DNA of 59,642 bases from a virus (lineage: Duplodnaviria; Caudoviricetes), in IMG/VR virus record IMGVR_UViG_3300037248_000128, positions 1-59,642 of that record, one strand, 5' to 3'. Position 1 is the first letter of the stretch. Every line of letters begins with the position of its first letter. The notes under the pieces are model-generated. The model did not search any database. It saw nothing but the letters and a program-made list of their open reading frames with translations, and was not told the DNA's origin. A program made the translations under genes and the position numbers. Below are positions 39,227-44,119 of this stretch, piece after piece.

Positions 39227-39288
39227 GGTCGCCTCCTGGTAGTTTCCGGGGCCAGCCGACTACATCGGAACGTCTCACAGCGCGGTCA

Positions 39289-39316
39289 GGCGGGCAAGAT
39301 AGCCATCCTGCCTGCC
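39289..39316 (-). terminator. Hairpin closing the minus-strand pentamer unit
   Basis: GGCGGGCAAGAT-AGCC-ATCCTGCCTGCC imperfect 12-bp inverted repeat; no U-tract. Confidence 0.5.
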
Positions 39317-39391
39317 TCGCCGTGCCGGGCTATTCTTCTGCGCGCCATGCCATCACGGGCTTCTCCATGCCATTCGAGGCCGCGCCTTGCC
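39312..39391 (-). ncRNA. Single GGY-NN pentamer unit (putative guide RNA)
   Basis: 16 in-register pentamers ggcaa ggcgc ggcct cgaat ggcat ggaga agccc gtgat ggcat ggcgc gcaga agaat agccc ggcac ggcga ggcag. Confidence 0.8.
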
Positions 39392-39395
39392 AAAC

Positions 39396-39572
39396 TCAGG
39401 GCGAAAGTAACCTCTCGCGAAGTATGTGCCGCGCAGCCTGTGGCCGCGTAGCGATTCCTCGATAGGCGTCTAGCGCCGCCAACTCTTCAGGACGCAGGCG
39501 AACTTCAACCACAGTCGCATGGACGGGCGGTCTGCCCGTCTTTTTGCCTGTGTTATCTGTTGACGCCTGCAT
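39396..39572 (-). CDS. Small RHH-like regulator of the cassette
   Basis: KKTGRPP...VVEVRLRPEELAALDAYR...TRPQAARHIL. Confidence 0.7.
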   Translation of the reverse strand: MQASTDNTGKKTGRPPVHATVVEVRLRPEELAALDAYRGIATRPQAARHILRERLLSP

Positions 39573-39602
39573 TAAGCCAATGATACAGGTGGAAACTGTC
39601 AA
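39560..39602. promoter_or_regulatory. Candidate promoters for the two arms of the cassette
   Basis: TTGACG on plus strand (39560) and TTGACA on minus strand (39602) in an AT-rich stretch. Confidence 0.4.
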
Positions 39603-39648
39603 AAGGCAAGCCTGATTGTCGGGCACAGGGCCATGACAGGAGAACGAA

Positions 39649-40380
39649 ATGACGAAAACTGACCGAGAGAGCCTTGCCGGCGCATTGTCGTCCAAGGCAA
39701 CCTTCAAGGGCTTCAGCGTTTGGCTGGTCGGCGATACGCCGGTCATCACTCACGCGTGGAGCGAAAAAGCGCGGCGCGAGATGCTGCAGAAGCAGGTCAA
39801 GGCGACCAAGGGCGGGAAAGAGGCCCGCGATCCCGAGGCCGATTTTGTGTCGAGTCTCTACGAGATGGGCGACGGTGCCTACGGCTTCCCGGCGATGGGC
39901 GTGAAGAACTGCATTCTCAGCTCGGCGCACAAGGACAAGGGCATCCCAAGGTCGGCGGTGATGGCCGGTCTGTGGATCGACGCCGACATGGTGCGCACTC
40001 GACCGGCGCTCGCCGGCGCGGTCTGCGACATGCCGCTGATCCGCATCTACGGCACCGATCCGGAGATGCGGGAGGACATGGTGAAAATCGGCTCTGGCCT
40101 GAACAAGATCGCCAATCTGAGCTACCGCGCGCAGTTCACCGTGTGGGCGATGAAGGTGACCGGCCGGTTCAACACCACGATCCTGACGCCTGAGGCGCTG
40201 GCGTTCCTCATCCAAGAAGCTGGACTCGCGTCTGGCCTCGGCGAGTGGCGCAACGAGCGCCGCGGCATGTTCGGCGCCTTCCACCTCGCCGACGTGGACG
40301 AAGAGGCCGCATGGGAAGCCTACGCCGACGGCAAGGGCGACCTTCCGGTTCCGGCGTCCTATCGGCAAGCGGCGGAGTAA
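39649..40380 (+). CDS. Stand-alone Cas7/RAMP-like protein (VIPR-type effector candidate)
   Basis: N-terminal beta strand + G.TP.I.H; YGFPAMGVKNCI (P...K helix); C-terminal Gly-rich loop AGLASGLGEWRNERRGMFGAF; AGGAG RBS. Confidence 0.78.
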   Translation: MTKTDRESLAGALSSKATFKGFSVWLVGDTPVITHAWSEKARREMLQKQVKATKGGKEARDPEADFVSSLYEMGDGAYGFPAMGVKNCILSSAHKDKGIPRSAVMAGLWIDADMVRTRPALAGAVCDMPLIRIYGTDPEMREDMVKIGSGLNKIANLSYRAQFTVWAMKVTGRFNTTILTPEALAFLIQEAGLASGLGEWRNERRGMFGAFHLADVDEEAAWEAYADGKGDLPVPASYRQAAE

Positions 40381-40386
40381 CCAACC

Positions 40387-40890
40387 ATGAACTACGTGTT
40401 CAAGGACGCACCCGTCACGATCTTGAACGCCAAGCGCGCCGATCCCAACCGGATCGGCGCTGCCTTGGCGAAGATCGCCGAAGACGGGCACGGGCGCCTG
40501 ACGCCGAACGCCGTCGTGGAGGCCGCCCGGAATCCGCGTTCGCCGTTGCACCGGCACTTCGAATGGGACGACGCAAAGGCGGCCGAAGCATACCGGCTCG
40601 ACCAAGCTCGCGAAATCATCCGAGTTGTCCGTATCGAGGGCAACGACAATGAAGAACCCGTCCGAGCTTTCCTGTCCGTCAAGGACGCCGCTGGCGTCAG
40701 CTATCGAACGGCCGAAGACGTGCAGGGAAGCCTCGAACTTCAGCTTGCCGTCCTAAGGCAGGCTGAAGCCGATCTCGAGGCGTGGACGAAGCGCTACCGC
40801 GAACTCAGCGAAATCTGCGACGACGTGCTCAAGGCGCGCGACAAGATCAGGACGCGGCGCGAAGCGGCGGAAAGTCGTCTTCACGCCTAG
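40387..40890 (+). CDS. Partner protein of the RAMP-like gene
   Basis: LTPNAVVEAARNPRSPLHRHFEWDDAKAAEAYRLDQAREII; sits between the RAMP gene and the array. Confidence 0.75.
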   Translation: MNYVFKDAPVTILNAKRADPNRIGAALAKIAEDGHGRLTPNAVVEAARNPRSPLHRHFEWDDAKAAEAYRLDQAREIIRVVRIEGNDNEEPVRAFLSVKDAAGVSYRTAEDVQGSLELQLAVLRQAEADLEAWTKRYRELSEICDDVLKARDKIRTRREAAESRLHA

Positions 40891-40897
40891 ACGATTT

Positions 40898-41600
40898 GGC
40901 TGGGACCGGCGGCGCTTTGTCTGAGTGTCGGGCCGGGGCAGGGAAAAGCAGGCGCGGCCACGAAATGTGACGCAAGTCGGCGCGTGTCGCGAACGGGCAT
41001 GGCCGGATGGGCTGGGCTTGGTGGAGCCAGTCAGCGGAGGGAATGGCAGGTCTTTGCTCGGCAGGCGGGGCATCGAAGGTGATGGCGCATTGCGGAGCGG
41101 GAAGGTCATGTTTTGAGCGTCTCGTGTCGGCTCGTGATGGCAAGGCAGGCAGTGCTCGGGGGAGCGGGGCAGAGATCGTTGATGCAGCGCTCGGCCCAGT
41201 TAGGTGAGGCAGGCTCGGAACGGCCAGTCCCAGCAAGTGACGGAACGGCTCGGGCAGGTCGGCTTGGCAGGCGTGGACGGGCTTTGTCCGGCAGAGGCGA
41301 GCTAGTCGCGTAACGCCATGTCTCAGCTTGGCTCGGCAGGAATGGATATGCGAGGCCCGTTGTCGCCCGTCCCGGTAGGGACCGTGATGGCATCTCGCGG
41401 AACGGCGAGGCTGGATAGGAACGGCTGTGCCCGTAGCGGATTGGCTCGGTTGGGCAGGCTGGGAACGGTCGTGAGGGGCGAGCGTCGGCAATGCCCGGAC
41501 GGGAGGTGTTAGGCAAGGCTGGCGGGGTTGGGAAAGGCAAGTAGTCGATAGGACAGTCTCGTCTTCGCATCGCCCGGGCAGTCGTGGCCCAGTAGGGCTG
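40898..41600 (+). ncRNA. Array of about 11 GGY-NN pentamer units (putative guide RNAs)
   Basis: 5-nt periodicity; junction pentamers (mostly GGCAG/GGCTG) + 4-mer at 40947, 41001, 41060, 41144, 41208, 41266, 41335, 41409, 41453, 41517, 41596; no credible ORF. Confidence 0.85.
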
Positions 41601-41603
41601 GCC

Positions 41604-42059
41604 CTATGCGAACCGGCGCGCGTAAAGCGAACCGGTTATCGAGTAGCCCCGCGCTTGGAGCAAGTATTCGAGCGCGGGGTGACCGATACGACTCTCGATC
41701 ACGATGACGCACGGCTCGTCTTTCGACAAGTCCGCCTCCATGAAGTCGAACAGACCGCCCGCCGCGCCGACGTTTCGGTGCTCAGGCGCCACCCAGATCG
41801 TATCGTCGCGGGCGAACTTATGGTTATAGTGGGCGTGCCTCGGCACAACCGTCATGATGCAGTAGCCGATCAATCGACCGTTGAGGCGTGCGGTGTAGGC
41901 GAACAGCAGTCCAGCGCGGTTCGCTCTCTCGTAAAATCCGAAGTCAGGGTCAAGCGGCGTCTCGACAAGCCGCAACCCAAGTTCCGCCCAGTGCACGGGC
42001 AGCAGCGGACGCAACTCGTCGATCACGTCGCTATAGTTTTCGCGGCGGTATTCGATCAT
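41604..42059 (-). CDS. GNAT-family acetyltransferase
   Basis: GRLIGY...IWVAPEHRNVGAAGGLF...RGY. Confidence 0.8.
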   Translation of the reverse strand: MIEYRRENYSDVIDELRPLLPVHWAELGLRLVETPLDPDFGFYERANRAGLLFAYTARLNGRLIGYCIMTVVPRHAHYNHKFARDDTIWVAPEHRNVGAAGGLFDFMEADLSKDEPCVIVIESRIGHPALEYLLQARGYSITGSLYARRFA

Positions 42060-42394
42060 GAGGCGACTCCCGCAGCGGCTTCCTCCGCTTCGTGGATTTG
42101 CCAGTGAGTGTAGACGAATCCGCGAAGGCTGTTCGGGTTGGTGTAGTCCACATCCTGAAGATCGAACAGCGTCGTGCCGAGGAAGCTGGATTCGTCGATG
42201 TGGCTCTGATTGTTGCGCTGCAAGAACCCGGGGAAGTCGCGCAGGTCTATAGGGTCGAGCACATACTCGATGAGTTGCGGCCCGCCTTTGGCGACGATGC
42301 CCTGCCGGATCACGTTGTGGCTGACGCGGTGATGGAACGACCAGCGCAGCCAGTCTTCGGGCGTCTGCGGGACCTCAAGCAGGACCGGGAGCAA
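42056..42394 (-). CDS. Hypothetical virion-module protein
   Basis: Coupled ORF, His-rich. Confidence 0.65.
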   Translation of the reverse strand: MLPVLLEVPQTPEDWLRWSFHHRVSHNVIRQGIVAKGGPQLIEYVLDPIDLRDFPGFLQRNNQSHIDESSFLGTTLFDLQDVDYTNPNSLRGFVYTHWQIHEAEEAAAGVAS

Positions 42395-42397
42395 GGC

Positions 42398-42709
42398 TCA
42401 CTCGGAAGTGCGATTTGACCGTCCGCCCGGCCGCGTCGAGTCCTCGGGCAATTCGCCCATCGAGAACGGGTAAACTTTGTTGAAGCCTGTTCCAACGTCG
42501 TGTCCGGTGCCGTTCGGCGTCTGGCTGGTGAAGCCGTTCGGGTTCTGCCCCTTCGCGTACAGCCCCTCAAGGTCCCACTGACGGCTCATGTTGCCGCCGC
42601 GGGTCGCTGGCATCATCGGCACGCCGGGACTGTGGCCGGCCATGATCTCTGGCTGTCGGCCGAAGCCCACGTCGATCGCGGCTGTCGGAACGTCTCGGCG
42701 GCGGGCCAT
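42398..42709 (-). CDS. Hypothetical protein
   Basis: AGGAG RBS. Confidence 0.65.
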   Translation of the reverse strand: MARRRDVPTAAIDVGFGRQPEIMAGHSPGVPMMPATRGGNMSRQWDLEGLYAKGQNPNGFTSQTPNGTGHDVGTGFNKVYPFSMGELPEDSTRPGGRSNRTSE

Positions 42710-42718
42710 GCGTGTCTC

Positions 42719-44119
42719 CTAGATTCCGACGGCGTTACTGTCCGTGTATCCAATGACCAGATCGCCGACCGTGAAGTCCGGGCTCGTGCTGGTGAACGTA
42801 AGCTGAGCGGCGTTGAAATAAAAGCCCTCGCTGCCTGAGCCCCAGACCGACCAGTAGGGCTGCGGCGCCGGGAGGCTGGGGTTCTGATCCACGAGCGCGC
42901 CCGTCGACAGCGTGAGGTTCTGCATCTCCGCGTAGGTCGGGTCTGCGGGCTGCAGCGCGACGCCTGAGCCGGTGAACGTCAGATCCACCGTCACGCCAGA
43001 TTGGGCCGCGGTGTTGTCCTGCATGGCCGTCCAGAGGCCGCGGAGCTGCTTGGTCACCAGCATCGTGTCGATGCCGTACGTCTTGGTGGTGAGCGTCTTG
43101 GTGAGGTTGCCCGAGGCTTGCTGGAACAGCGGGAACAGATTGGTCCCGTCGGTGCCCCAGGCGGTGAATTTGCTCTCGACCTTCTGCTGGGCGATGCGCG
43201 TCAGGTTCACCGACTGGCTTGTGACTACCCAGTCCTTTTCGTTCCACGTCAGCATGACGTTGCGCGGGTTGTTGCCGAACTGATCTTGGACGCTCAGCAG
43301 CAGCATGTAGTGCTTGATGTTGAAGAGATGCGCGAGCGCCGAGGACGGCGTGATTCCACCGTTCGGCGGGAAGACCACGTTGATCGGGCCCGGATAGGTC
43401 GGCGTCGGCGTGGCGACCGCCGTCCACGTCAGATTTCCCGTTCCCGTCCAAGTTGCCGCAGGATTCGGCGGCGGTGGCGGGGCCATCGAACCGCCGCTGA
43501 TCGGCGGAAAGTCGGTCTGCGGAATATCATTCAGGCCGTAGAAGGCGAGAAACCGTAGACGGAACAGTTCAGGCGGGCCGCCGAAGGTCGAGTTGACGAC
43601 ACCGGGCTCTTGAATAAAGACGGTCTGCACGCCGTCCCCGAGAAAAACGCCGCTGCCGTTGAATGAGATGTACTGCTGCGGCAGCGATGGGTCCCAACTA
43701 CAGACCGCCGTTCCTTGGTAATCGCCGAAGGCGGCCGGATCACCGCCAGCAGCGTAGAAGTTTACCGTCGCGGGAAAGGAGGGAGGGACCGGACCGATGT
43801 ACCCCAGCCCCCGGGTTCCGACGCTATCCAGCAGAAAGACATTGCTTGACGGCTCCTCCGCCGGAACGCCGGGCGTTGCGTAAGCATCGGTCCACGTCGC
43901 CACCATGACGCCGCCGGGGATGAGCGTTCTTCCTCGCAGCAAGCCAACGGCTAGGGCGGTGAAAAATGGGCCCCCGGGACTACCCGGAAAGTTGGGCAGC
44001 AACCCCCCGCCATCCACCGTCGGAGTGTCAAAAATATCGGTTATCGCACAGTAGCCAGTGTCCGCGTTGTAGTAGGTCCCGGCGATGAAGTCGCAGTAGA
44101 TGATGGGAACGACGGTCAT
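42719..44119 (-). CDS. Tail protein
   Basis: ATGA-coupled to the upstream tail gene; beta-rich. Confidence 0.65.
   Translation of the reverse strand: MTVVPIIYCDFIAGTYYNADTGYCAITDIFDTPTVDGGGLLPNFPGSPGGPFFTALAVGLLRGRTLIPGGVMVATWTDAYATPGVPAEEPSSNVFLLDSVGTRGLGYIGPVPPSFPATVNFYAAGGDPAAFGDYQGTAVCSWDPSLPQQYISFNGSGVFLGDGVQTVFIQEPGVVNSTFGGPPELFRLRFLAFYGLNDIPQTDFPPISGGSMAPPPPPNPAATWTGTGNLTWTAVATPTPTYPGPINVVFPPNGGITPSSALAHLFNIKHYMLLLSVQDQFGNNPRNVMLTWNEKDWVVTSQSVNLTRIAQQKVESKFTAWGTDGTNLFPLFQQASGNLTKTLTTKTYGIDTMLVTKQLRGLWTAMQDNTAAQSGVTVDLTFTGSGVALQPADPTYAEMQNLTLSTGALVDQNPSLPAPQPYWSVWGSGSEGFYFNAAQLTFTSTSPDFTVGDLVIGYTDSNAVGI

Noticed and set aside
40898-40951. Decoding the first array unit (WPGFSVGGSK or FLPPTENPGQ)
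   Set aside because: Register is ambiguous owing to a 1-nt slip near 40918-40922; similarity to the RAMP gene's KGFSVW is only 3 dinucleotides
40898-41600. Canonical CRISPR array
   Set aside because: No identical 23-47 nt repeats with unique spacers, and no cas1/cas2
40753-41712. Several 60-214 aa ORFs on both strands over the array
   Set aside because: Low-complexity G/R/A/P translations, no RBS or codon bias; the 5-nt periodicity is at odds with coding
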